A stretch of DNA of 64,000 nucleotides from an uncultured Methanosarcinales archaeon (lineage in GTDB: Archaea; Nanobdellota; Nanobdellia; Woesearchaeales; CAZOXR01), in contig CAZMIO010000004.1 of the NCBI GenBank assembly GCA_964566535.1, positions 1-64,000 of the forward strand, given 5' to 3'. Both the position numbers and the translations under genes were made by a program. Below are positions 19,601-28,269 of this stretch, in pieces. Each line of letters begins with the position of its first letter. The first letter of the stretch is position 1. Under the pieces are notes generated by a model that worked only from the letters and a program-made list of their open reading frames with translations, did no database searches and was not told where the DNA came from.

Positions 19601-20025
19601 AAACTTGCGTCCAATTGAAGGACATTAGTAATATTCCCACATGAGGGGCATTCAAATTTTGCAGAAGTTACTTGTGGACGAACATCAGATTTTTGACGAA
19701 CAACACCCTCTACTGTTAAGAGTTTTCCTAAATGGGCGCTTCTTATATTCCTTATATCTATCTTCTGGTTCTCTGGTAGGTTATTGAATCTAACTCTAAA
19801 ATTAATGATTTTTGAGTCAAGTTGTTCAACTGCTAGTTCCGCGGCTTTTATTACTTCTTCTGGTTGGTCTAGAAGAATGTTTGCTAGGTCTGGGTCGAAT
19901 TTTGAAAGTTCAGTAAATTCGACAACAAGAAATTGTTTATCTTTTCTTATGTTTGTTAATAGTTGTTCTTTATAGGTATCTTCAAACAATTCACCAAATT
20001 TTTTAATTTGCTCTGCCGCATCCAT
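16621..20025 (-). CDS. mcm: MCM replicative helicase with one intein
   Basis: Zn finger CPSCG, Walker A GDPGAGK|S, 'CCIDEMDKM', 'AAANPKFGRFD', 'PRQLEALVRL'. Confidence 0.97.
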   Translation of the reverse strand: MDAAEQIKKFGELFEDTYKEQLLTNIRKDKQFLVVEFTELSKFDPDLANILLDQPEEVIKAAELAVEQLDSKIINFRVRFNNLPENQKIDIRNIRSAHLGKLLTVEGVVRQKSDVRPQVTSAKFECPSCGNITNVLQLDASFKEPTKCGCGRKGKFRLLSKEMVDAQGIVLEEAPDQLEGGQQPKRMNLLLKEDLVSPLSERKTNPGSKILTTGIIKEVPIIMRTGAKSTRFDLIIEANFVEAMEESFLDVEISDEEKAAIKDLGSDPKVLTRLTNSIAPSIYGYEKIKESLILQLVGGVRKVRQDKVVSRGDTHILLVGDPGAGKCTNGNAKIILENGEITTMESFYEKNISFNNSQESTMKIFSINENGLNFTSQPLKFWRRKSPKKMIKIVTQTGNELIVTREHPIFTTRNGLIFSKKADEFKLGDYIATPSKIDILGSLQITPSDIEKTKANNKKKYVCKPIIDSDFARYLGYLIGDGYVRFSDTSGVIRFTNSDQDLLNDFENLTKKIFGCKVSNKTNKNNCWDYRWFSVDIVRILQKIFPNITKKSEGMGIPKLICKSPNYVIKDFLKSIFDCEGHIRKGRREIEFSSKSKELIYDIKYILLRFGIVSQVSSSMKCATNTLAKIKRRYYRIRISGEDVIKYFKEIGFVSTKKNEQLNKEIQKNLKINTNLNVVPELKELLSILRKKYGLSQNSFEITRSTYQHYEKGDRFPSYNKLKLICKRYNEIGKAKSDPLIDILNQTANSDIFWDKIRSIETIESNGDYVYDLEIDKVHNFVADGVVIHNSALLKRINRVAPKGIYISGKGISAAGLTASVVKDEFLKGWSLEAGAMVLSSNGICCIDEMDKMSPEDTSAMHEALENQTVSISKANIQATLVSRTTVLAAANPKFGRFDPYGIIAEQIELPPALINRFDLIFTIKDLPDEKKDKALSAHMLNLHQNPDTKEPDIPTDFIKKYVAYIRQNVSPQLTDEAIQEIQEYYMKMRAGGSGEGIKTIQISPRQLEALVRLSEAAAKIRLADKVTKKDSRKAIELLEYSMMQVGFDKETGKIDIDRIASGISASQRSNILVVKDVIKEVESRVGKTIPIEDVIEESKVKGVNEEKTEEIIEKLKRQGDIFEPKRGFISQIP
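17656..19047 (-). mobile_element. Intein (464 aa) with LAGLIDADG endonuclease and HTH, inserted in the MCM Walker A
   Basis: Begins CTNGN after GAGK; block B TREHPI; YLGYLIGDG and FLKSIFDCEG; ends VVIHN followed by Ser. Confidence 0.93.
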
Positions 20026-20090
20026 TTTAGATAAATTTATTTATTGTTTACGTACTGTTGTTACTAAAAATAGATAAAAAAAAGAAGAAA

Positions 20091-20642
20091 TTACTTGACT
20101 TTCTTTAAGTTAATAATCAGTTTGTCTAGTGCCGCATGGACTTCTTTCTCACTTTTTGTTCCAGTACAGACAATTTTTCCGTTACTAAACAACAAGAATG
20201 TTGCCTTTGCCTCTGCGAGTTTGTAGACTAAACCAGGAAACTGTTCTGGTTCATATTCAGTATTTTCAAGCTTCATTGCTAGCGTATTCAGATTAAGGTC
20301 CATCCCAACGGATCCTGAAGCTACAATATTCTGAATTTTAATTATTGGTTTTATTTTAATCTTAATGTCTATTTTTTCCAAACTTTTAATGATTTTTTTA
20401 ATTGATTCTTCTACTTTATCCATACTTCTTGCTCCAGTACAAACAACCTTACCTGAGCTAAAGATTAAAGCAGATGTTTTTGGCTCTTTAATTCTTATAA
20501 CAAGTCCAGGAAACTGTTCTGGATTGTATTCCGTGTTACTTAGTGTAGCACACATCTTTTCTAAAGGAATATCGTGCTCTAAAGCTGTAGATACAACTAT
20601 ATTAACTACTTTAATATCTCTTTTGGTTTCTTTCTTTGCCAT
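20091..20642 (-). CDS. tbp: TATA-box binding protein
   Basis: Two repeats 'EYNPEQFPGLV...LIFSSGKVVCTG' / 'EYEPEQFPGLV...LLFSNGKIVCTG'. Confidence 0.98.
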   Translation of the reverse strand: MAKKETKRDIKVVNIVVSTALEHDIPLEKMCATLSNTEYNPEQFPGLVIRIKEPKTSALIFSSGKVVCTGARSMDKVEESIKKIIKSLEKIDIKIKIKPIIKIQNIVASGSVGMDLNLNTLAMKLENTEYEPEQFPGLVYKLAEAKATFLLFSNGKIVCTGTKSEKEVHAALDKLIINLKKVK

Positions 20643-20808
20643 TTTGAAATTCCCCCATTTTAAGACCCTTAAAACTAAAAATAAAGCCCTAAAAAGCTTA
20701 AAATTGATTTTATTTAATAAGAATGTGTAACATGGTGTAGTTTATAAATACTTTTATTTATAAATGGATATATTGTAGCTTATAAACCCCCTTGATTTCG
20801 AGTGGAGA

Positions 20809-22377
20809 TTATTTATTCTTCAACAAATAATACCTAAAACCCTTTTCAATAGCCTCAAAACTAGCTTCAAGAATGTTAGTATTTACACCAACAGTGCCCC
20901 ATTCTTCTTTTCCATTCTTAAATTCAATATAAACCCTCACAGAAGATTCTGCCCCTAAGTCTTCAGCCATCATAACTTTGAAGTTTATTAATTTGACTTC
21001 TTCGATTGGTTGGTGGGATGTCGCAATCATTTTTTTTAGCGCCTTAAAGATAACATCAACTGGCCCACCTTTTACTGAATCTACAATCTCTTTATTTTTG
21101 CCATCTACTTTTCCCTTAAGGGAACATTCACTAAATTCGCCATTTTTTTGTTCTGATGTTACTTTCCATGATTCTATTTCCACCAAGTTATTTTTGTTCC
21201 CAAAGAACTGCTCAGTTAAAAGGAACTTTTCTGCTTTCAAGTCCCCAATATCATAGCCTTTTTTTTCAAGTTCTTCAACTTTGTTAAGCATATCTTTTAC
21301 CTTGGGATCATTTTTGTCTAATTTGTATCCGAATTTTTTAACTACTTCTACAATGTTTGATTTTCCAGATAGTTCTGATAATATGATATCTCTTTTGTTG
21401 CCCACTAATTGGGGGTCTATATGTTCATATGACGCACCTTTCATTATTGCATCTACATGGATACCTCCTTTGTGGGCAAATGCATTTTTACCGACGAATG
21501 GTTGGTGGTTATTTTGTTTGATATTTGCCAATAAGTAGACGAGTCCGCTTAAAGTTGATAGTTTCTTTAGATCAACCTTCCCTAATTTTATGTTTTTTTT
21601 GATAACTAAGTTAGGAATTAATTGGCATAAGTCCGCATTTCCAGCACGCTCTCCAAATCCATTTACTGTCCCCTGTACATGAGTTATCCCAAGGTCCACT
21701 GCCACTAATGCATTTGCAATTGCAGTTCCAGAGTCATTATGGGTGTGGATCCCAAGTTCTGTTTCAATGTTATTTTTGCCAAGGTATTCTTTTACTTCTT
21801 GGGTTATTGTTTTGAATTCAGATGGGAGGGTCCCCCCATTAGTGTCACATAAAACAAGAACATCTGCTCCTGCTTTTGATGCAGTTGCTAAACAATTTAA
21901 TGCATATTCTTTATCGTCTTTGTAACCATCAAAGAAATGTTCTAAATCATAGAATACTTCTAGATTTTTGCTTTTAAGGAATTTGATACTTTCTTCTATT
22001 GCCAAAAGGTTTTCTTCTGGTGTCGTCTTTAACTGTAATTTTATATGGTCTAGTATTGTCTTACCAAATATACAAGCTATTTTTGCCTTACTTTCTAAGA
22101 TTGCGTTTAAGTTAGGGTCTTCTTCTGCTTTGATACCCTTTCTTCTTGTTGACCCAAAAGCCACAATTTTCGCATTTTTTAGCTTTAGTTTTTCTGCCTC
22201 TAAAAAAGCCCCCATATCTTTTGGATTAGACCCCGGCCATCCAAGCTCAATATAATCAATGCCAAATTCATCAAGAGCAGCAACTATCTCAAGCTTATCT
22301 CTTAAACTGAAGTTTACATCAGAGCTTTGGGAACCATCCCTGAGCAATGTATCGAATATTTTTAGTTGGTTGTTCAT
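20809..22377 (-). CDS. cimA: Citramalate synthase (LeuA/CimA family, bacterial-type CimA)
   Basis: DRE-TIM 'DTLLRDGSQ', 'GWPGSNPKD', 'EHFFDGYK', 'HTHNDSG', 'AFAHKGGIH', C-terminal regulatory domain 'WGTVGVNTNILEAS'. Confidence 0.88.
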   Translation of the reverse strand: MNNQLKIFDTLLRDGSQSSDVNFSLRDKLEIVAALDEFGIDYIELGWPGSNPKDMGAFLEAEKLKLKNAKIVAFGSTRRKGIKAEEDPNLNAILESKAKIACIFGKTILDHIKLQLKTTPEENLLAIEESIKFLKSKNLEVFYDLEHFFDGYKDDKEYALNCLATASKAGADVLVLCDTNGGTLPSEFKTITQEVKEYLGKNNIETELGIHTHNDSGTAIANALVAVDLGITHVQGTVNGFGERAGNADLCQLIPNLVIKKNIKLGKVDLKKLSTLSGLVYLLANIKQNNHQPFVGKNAFAHKGGIHVDAIMKGASYEHIDPQLVGNKRDIILSELSGKSNIVEVVKKFGYKLDKNDPKVKDMLNKVEELEKKGYDIGDLKAEKFLLTEQFFGNKNNLVEIESWKVTSEQKNGEFSECSLKGKVDGKNKEIVDSVKGGPVDVIFKALKKMIATSHQPIEEVKLINFKVMMAEDLGAESSVRVYIEFKNGKEEWGTVGVNTNILEASFEAIEKGFRYYLLKNK

Positions 22378-22467
22378 TGTGTTTTGTTATCCTAGTTTTG
22401 TTTAAAAATTTAGTCATTATAATTCTTAGGCAGAAACAATGGCTACCCATATTATTAAGATGGCAGC

Positions 22468-22536
22468 TTACGCTATAATAATCTTAGTTATAATTAAGAA
22501 AAACTTACTGATCTTTGTTATATTGGAATCAATCAT
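22468..22536 (-). CDS. Putative Ile-rich leader peptide of cimA (22 aa)
   Basis: MIDSNITKISKFFLIITKIIIA*, 8 of 22 residues Ile; ATG ~25 nt downstream of TATA-like tttaaat (22561-22567); stem-loop right after the stop. Confidence 0.65.
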   Translation of the reverse strand: MIDSNITKISKFFLIITKIIIA

Positions 22537-22641
22537 ATATTAAAAAGAGTGTAGATTACTATTTAAACTTTTTGTTTTACCACTATTGAATAACAAATAA
22601 TAGAAAGCTTTATATACTAGTTATTTATCCTTTTACTTACA

Positions 22642-23448
22642 ATGATGGTTGATAGGCCCTTACTAGGGAAATTAAAAGAATTTGGATTAAACACTTATGA
22701 AGCAAAACTTTGGATAGCTTTGCTTTCTAGAGGAGTTTCTACAGCAGGAGAACTTTCTGACATAGCAAATGTTCCAAGATCAAGAAGTTATGACGTTCTC
22801 GAAAGTTTAGAGAAGAAAGGGTTTATTTTAATGAAGCTTGAAAAACCAATCAAATATATTGCTGTTGCACCTGAAGACGTTCTTGATAGGGTAAAGAAGA
22901 AAATTGAACAGGACTCAGTTAGTCAAATGAGTTTGATTGAGGATTTAAAATCTCAAGGGATTATAAATGAGTTAAACTTACTGCACTCTCAAGGTGTTGA
23001 TCTAATAGAACCTACTGATCTTTCTGGTTCATTAAGGAGCAAAGAAAATATTTATAGCCACCTTGAAAATAAGATTAAAACATCAAAAAGCGTTTCAATT
23101 TTAACAACAGAAAAAAGTTTAATCGATAAAGTAATATTAATCAAGTCAGTTTTTAGTAAGATCAAGTCAAAACCTAAGATAAGGGTAATGGCCCCAATTA
23201 CAAAAGATAACATTGAAGCTGCTAAAGAACTTTCAAAGTTTGCTGAAGTTAGACACACCGACAAAAAAGCAAGATTTAGCGTAATTGATGGTCAGGAAAT
23301 AATTTTTATGTTGATGGACAATGAAAAAGTTCACCCAAGCTACGATATTGCGATTTGGGCAAATTCAAGTTTTTTTGCTAAAACGCTAGACACTGTTTTT
23401 GATTCTGAATGGAAGAAACTTAAACCAGTAGAACAGATTAAAGTATAA
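22642..23448 (+). CDS. TrmB family transcriptional regulator
   Basis: 'FGLNTYEAKLWIALL...ELSDIANVPRSRSYDVLESLEKKGF'; C-terminal PLD-like effector domain. Confidence 0.92.
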   Translation: MMVDRPLLGKLKEFGLNTYEAKLWIALLSRGVSTAGELSDIANVPRSRSYDVLESLEKKGFILMKLEKPIKYIAVAPEDVLDRVKKKIEQDSVSQMSLIEDLKSQGIINELNLLHSQGVDLIEPTDLSGSLRSKENIYSHLENKIKTSKSVSILTTEKSLIDKVILIKSVFSKIKSKPKIRVMAPITKDNIEAAKELSKFAEVRHTDKKARFSVIDGQEIIFMLMDNEKVHPSYDIAIWANSSFFAKTLDTVFDSEWKKLKPVEQIKV

Positions 23449-23467
23449 TTTTTTTCTCTATGTTTTT

Positions 23468-24619
23468 TTAAAGAAATTCTCCGAAAGAAGTTCCCCCCAT
23501 GTATGGTTGGCTTACTGCTACTAATGGCGCGTTTAGTGTTGCTAATGCTTGTTCCGTTCTGAAGGCTGGGTCGGCACTGCTTGCACTACGATTTGCTTGA
23601 ATGCCCCTTTGGGCCAATTCGGGACCATCATAACCTCCCCTCCCAGCTAGATCAAAAACTGCCTGGCATATTACCTCTCGGTCGCCAGGTTCTATTTTTT
23701 CTAATACATGGCCAAGTCCACTACCTAACAATTTTACTTCAGGAGGAGTATGGTCTTTTGCGTAAGCTATCATCTTATCAACTAATCCATTATGGCCATC
23801 ATCATGTCTTAATGCCCAGGAAAAACCTACTCCCACATCATAGACTCCTTCCCCGTTGTGGCCAAGTGAATAGTCCATCATGAACCTAAAAACATTATTT
23901 GTAGAGTCGGGACTTGTAGTATATTCCAGCGCTAACTTAAGTCCTTTTGTAAAATAAGCTACACTATCAAAACTAGCAGCTTGGCTTTTATCTACTATTG
24001 ATTCGAGTAGCACTTCTCTGTCATCAGGAGTAAGTTTTGTATAAATTGTAAATATTGACCCTTCACGGAAAGCGGCTAAAATGTTTCTTTGGCCAGTTTG
24101 CTCATAGCAAGTTTGGAGCTCAGAATATACTTCTCTAATAAAATTAGGGTCCATTCCACGCAGTTCATTTACCTTACTAAGTGCTAAGACAACCCCACCT
24201 AAGTCTAAATCAAGTTGTGCCAACTCTTCATAAGCTGAAACGGATTTTTCTAGTACTCCTGATGTGTACATTCTTGCACATAACAAGGAGGCGGCTTGGA
24301 ATTCTGGAGTTGCAACAACTATTTCAATACCCTCAATAGTTACTGGTTTGCTATGGTTGGCCCTCATATCGTCCGCAGTTGTAGTGATAGTATCAAAACA
24401 ATTAGTTGCAGGGTATACATCTATTAGGACTCCTTCTTCTGTAACTTCCGTATGCCCTGCTCCAGGTTCAAGGCTCAGTACATCAACATCTTTAAAATAA
24501 GCTCCACTTTTCAATCCTGCATCTATAAGTAAAACCGCTCTTGCAGCACTTCCAGTATATATCCAATCATCATGGCTATGCCTCACACAGACTTCAAGGA
24601 ACTCATCTAATGTGACCAT
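23468..24619 (-). CDS. Hypothetical protein with N-terminal nucleotidyltransferase-like motif
   Basis: 'YTGSAA...KDVDVL...LIDV' = GS, DxD and third Asp pattern; helical C-terminal half. Confidence 0.5.
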   Translation of the reverse strand: MVTLDEFLEVCVRHSHDDWIYTGSAARAVLLIDAGLKSGAYFKDVDVLSLEPGAGHTEVTEEGVLIDVYPATNCFDTITTTADDMRANHSKPVTIEGIEIVVATPEFQAASLLCARMYTSGVLEKSVSAYEELAQLDLDLGGVVLALSKVNELRGMDPNFIREVYSELQTCYEQTGQRNILAAFREGSIFTIYTKLTPDDREVLLESIVDKSQAASFDSVAYFTKGLKLALEYTTSPDSTNNVFRFMMDYSLGHNGEGVYDVGVGFSWALRHDDGHNGLVDKMIAYAKDHTPPEVKLLGSGLGHVLEKIEPGDREVICQAVFDLAGRGGYDGPELAQRGIQANRSASSADPAFRTEQALATLNAPLVAVSQPYMGGTSFGEFL

Positions 24620-24770
24620 ATATCTAAGAATCCAAGCGCCATATTAATAAGTGTAGTTGAAATAATAACAAATTGTTATGTTAGCATATGTTTTAGAAAC
24701 ATTTATATACAACTAGTCCTATAAGTAAGATTAATTAATTGTTAATACATTAAAAAAAGAGGTGTGAAAT

Positions 24771-24989
24771 ATGGCTTTAGAAGAACCTATGGTTAGATTA
24801 TTACAAATAACACTTGCTATTATCGTGGGCACATTAGCTGCGATTGTTTATGCTTTGAGAGTTCTAGTGTTAATGGAGAGAAGAGTTTCAAGAATGGATG
24901 AGAATATTGAAAGGATGTCATCCAGAATAATAACTGAAGAACTCAAAATTGAAAGGTCATTAAAAATCAGAAAAAAGAAGAAGAAATAA
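24771..24989 (+). CDS. Small single-pass membrane protein with basic tail
   Basis: 72 aa, TM helix, coiled-coil, KKKKK end; RBS gaggtg upstream. Confidence 0.7.
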   Translation: MALEEPMVRLLQITLAIIVGTLAAIVYALRVLVLMERRVSRMDENIERMSSRIITEELKIERSLKIRKKKKK

Positions 24990-25005
24990 TTTTATTTTTC
25001 TTATT

Positions 25006-25395
25006 TTATTTAATCACTTCTTCAAATAATAATCCTTTTTTTTCTGCTAATTCTTTTGATACCATAAAGCAGTTTCCAGAATCATGAAGATCTTCTGGAT
25101 TTAGAAATAACCATTCTAATCTGTTAAATCTTACAGCAATCCATGGTTCTGCCCCAAAATGATTTGAAAATTCTTGGAGTTGGGTTATGTCTTCTTTTGG
25201 GATGTATTTACTCTTACTCTTTACTGCTTTACATTCAATTGCTAGTCTTCTCAATTTGTTTGTTGCTAAAAGATCTGAAGATGGGTACTTCATCGATCCA
25301 GAGCCTGCAATCCTTACTGCCGACCAATTGTCTGCTGCCCAGAATTTATGGATCAAATCACGTTCTGCATTCATACCTTTAGATTTTCTTGACAT
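25006..25395 (-). CDS. hjc: Holliday junction resolvase Hjc
   Basis: 'KGMNAERDL', 'RIAGSG', 'SDLLA', 'IECK'. Confidence 0.93.
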   Translation of the reverse strand: MSRKSKGMNAERDLIHKFWAADNWSAVRIAGSGSMKYPSSDLLATNKLRRLAIECKAVKSKSKYIPKEDITQLQEFSNHFGAEPWIAVRFNRLEWLFLNPEDLHDSGNCFMVSKELAEKKGLLFEEVIK

Positions 25396-25396
25396 T

Positions 25397-26290
25397 TTAT
25401 AGCTTTATCTTTAGTAAGTCGTAAGCATAAACTACATTATCAAAATAGTCTTTTGCGTCTTCTTCAATTTCTTTTAAGTCTTTGTATCTTGCACTAAAGT
25501 GAGTTAGGACAAGTTTTTTGGCATCTGCCCTATTAGCAATCAATGCAGCTTGTTTTGCAGTCATATGGTTGTGAGTTTCCGCTTTTTTCTCAAGATCTGA
25601 ATGGTATGTTGCTTCGCATATTAGTACATCTGCATCTTTTGCAAGTTTGTTACAATTATTGCAGGGAAGCGTGTCTGAGATCAATGCTATTTTCTTACCT
25701 TGTACAATGTAGGTTGTATCGGAAGGTCCTACCTTTTTCCCTTTCCAACTAATTGTTTTGTTTTGCTGGAGTTTGCCTAATAATGGGCCTTCTGGAATTC
25801 CAAGTTTATTTGTTTTTGAAACGTTAATCCTTCTTTTGTCTTTTTCAATAAAATTAAATCCGAACGTTTTTACTCCATGTTCAAGTTCTAGCGCTTCTAT
25901 TGAAAAATCATCATTTTCAAAGATAGTTCCTGGTTTTATTTCATGTATTACTAATTCCATATTTCTGTCAAATACAAATGCCTTGAACATATGTTCAAAA
26001 TGTTGTTTAGTCCCTTTTGGACCATATATTTCAAGGGTTTTAGTGTATTCAGATGCACTTAATGATTGGATCAATCCAGGAAGCCCTAATGTGTGGTCTC
26101 CGTGCCAATGGGTAATCAGTATTTTAGTCACTTTTGTTAATGGGATGTTTGCTATTTTGAACTGTCTTTGGGTTCCGTCACCACAGTCAATCAGGATTCC
26201 TTCAGATTTATAACTAATCAAAACAGCACTTTGGTTTCTTTCTTTTGTTGGTACCATTGAAGAAGTACCAAGAAATGTTATTTCTACCAT
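25397..26290 (-). CDS. rnz: Ribonuclease Z
   Basis: 'FLGTSSMVPTKERN', THWHGDH, exosite 'GIPEGP', 'THFSARY'. Confidence 0.96.
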   Translation of the reverse strand: MVEITFLGTSSMVPTKERNQSAVLISYKSEGILIDCGDGTQRQFKIANIPLTKVTKILITHWHGDHTLGLPGLIQSLSASEYTKTLEIYGPKGTKQHFEHMFKAFVFDRNMELVIHEIKPGTIFENDDFSIEALELEHGVKTFGFNFIEKDKRRINVSKTNKLGIPEGPLLGKLQQNKTISWKGKKVGPSDTTYIVQGKKIALISDTLPCNNCNKLAKDADVLICEATYHSDLEKKAETHNHMTAKQAALIANRADAKKLVLTHFSARYKDLKEIEEDAKDYFDNVVYAYDLLKIKL

Positions 26291-26389
26291 GTTGTTTTTA
26301 TGTTATTAAGGGTTTATATTAATGTTTTTATTTTATATATTAAAATCCAAACTTATTTAAATTGTTAGGTTACTCAAAAGGGTACTAAG

Positions 26390-26965
26390 ATGGGTAAAAA
26401 TAAAGAAAAAGAAAAGGACAAAGAAAAAGCTGAAGTGAAGGAAGAGATTAAGGCAGTATTTGCTAAAGAGCGAGTATTAACTGAAAATTCAGATGCTGCA
26501 AGAGAACTTTACAATCAAAGTAGGTATGGGCATATTCTGGATGATGGTAAAGTGCAGTTATCTTTGCTTGAAGCGCTTTATTTGATTGAAAAGAAGAAGA
26601 TTAAAGTAATGGATGGGAAGAATAAGGCTATATCAAATGACGCTTTTTTGAAGAAGGCCAATAAAGTAGAGCCTAATTTTTGGATTAGGTATTGTGTTTT
26701 TAAGGATATTAGGAATCGAGGATATATTATCAAGACTGCTTTGAAGTTTGGGGCTGATTTTAGGATTTATGATAGAGGAGTAAAACCCGGAGAAGACCAT
26801 GCAAAGTGGGTCGTTTACCCAGTTCATGAAGGATCTACCATGACTTGGTATGAGTTTGCAGCTAAAAATAGGGTTGCACATTCAACAAAGAAGAGGTTGT
26901 TGATGGGCATTGTTGATGATGAAGGATCGACCACGTATTATGAAGTGGCGTGGAAAAGACCCTAA
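26390..26965 (+). CDS. endA: tRNA splicing endonuclease
   Basis: 'LSLLEALYL', 'RGYIIKTALKFGADFRIY', 'DHA', 'RVAHSTKKRL'. Confidence 0.95.
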   Translation: MGKNKEKEKDKEKAEVKEEIKAVFAKERVLTENSDAARELYNQSRYGHILDDGKVQLSLLEALYLIEKKKIKVMDGKNKAISNDAFLKKANKVEPNFWIRYCVFKDIRNRGYIIKTALKFGADFRIYDRGVKPGEDHAKWVVYPVHEGSTMTWYEFAAKNRVAHSTKKRLLMGIVDDEGSTTYYEVAWKRP

Positions 26966-28091
26966 ATAAGGTCCCAAATTATTTTGTTTCTATATCCTCT
27001 TTTTATTATCTGTCCTTCTTTTTCTAATCTTCCAAGATGTGGCGAAATACCGTTTAGTGTGAAAAGCAAATAATCTGCTATTTCCATTGTTCTTGAAGGT
27101 TTAATTTCTAATAACTGTAATATTTTTTCTTCAATGAACATTGGGTCTCTTGTTCTTTGTTGTCTTTTTTGTGTTCTTAATGCACTATCTAATTTCTTTG
27201 ATTTATTAGGGTGCGAGAAATTAATTTCTTTTTTAAATATTTCATAAGACCTTCTCATGATGCTGAAGGATGTTCTAAATCTAGTTCCTTTTTTTGTACT
27301 ATATTGTGTTATCGTAGTTTTTCCAGTTTCAATATTAAATTCATTTAATAATTTTTTAATTTGACTTAAGATTCCTTCACTGCAGATACAAAGGGACAAA
27401 TTAGCGGTTATTGTTCCTTCATCATCGAAGATTGCTCTTAAGAATGCTTTTTTACATCCTTTTGTTGTTTTGAATATTTGATCCGGAATCTTATCAGGGT
27501 ATGTAAATTTAATATTGAATATGTGGGCTAATATGTCTGTAATTACTTTTGGGAAATATATAATGGGGGTTGTGTTTGGTTTTCTCTCGTAAGTATTAAC
27601 TTTTCCAAAAATCTGTAAATCACTTGAAAACTTATTTCTTAATTCTGAACTAGTATTTGCGTAGTAGGGGTATTTCCTTTAGAAGCATTACCATCTCCCA
27701 ATATATGGGCCATTATCGAATACAATTCTGGACATTCTTTTATTGGTAAGGTGGGATTAAGAATTTTCAATCCGCTTTTGGATCTTATTGAGACAACATT
27801 TTTTTCTAATTCTCTTTGATTATCTAAACTTGTAACTTTCTTAATTATCCTAATTGGGATTGATGAAGGGTATTTGGTCTTGGACCATTTGTGGCTTCCA
27901 TTTTCATAGGCCCTTATAGTTGATAAGTCGATACCTAGTTTCCTTGCAGTTGCTCTCTTACTACCATACTTTTTATATAAATTACCAAATAGTCGTTTCC
28001 TATATTCTTCTTTTAACGTTATGTAAATTGAATCAGGGAAGTCCAAAATATGAAATGCCTTAACTTTGTTTTTTTGATCGTTTGAATCCAT
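26962..28091 (-). pseudogene. Free-standing double-motif LAGLIDADG endonuclease-like gene with N-terminal HTH and C-terminal wHTH, split by a 1-nt frameshift
   Basis: First motif MAHILGDG in 27639..28091; after a -1 shift at the G4 run 27667-27670 the frame reads YYANTSSELRNKF...FLRAIFDDEG and continues into 26962..27399. Confidence 0.8.
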
Positions 28092-28178
28092 TTAATATCA
28101 CCAATTTTTACTAGATTGTGTGATTTAATATGTTAGATGAAAATGTCAAAAATTAAGAAGTGGATACATTTAAATACT

Positions 28179-28201
28179 TTTTGAGGGTGTTTGTCCAGTG
28201 G
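28179..28201. repeat. 23-bp element, copy 1
   Basis: ttttgagggtgtttgtccagtgg, identical to 57070-57092. Confidence 0.9.
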
Positions 28202-28269
28202 GTTGTGCTAGGGCGACTGTTGGATTTCTAATGAAAAGATTTAAATAATAATTAGCCAACTCATCTTTT

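Noticed and set aside
20643..20808. Short repeats (aagaccctt/aaagccct) and several TATA-like boxes upstream of tbp
   Set aside because: Too short and AT-rich to distinguish from chance
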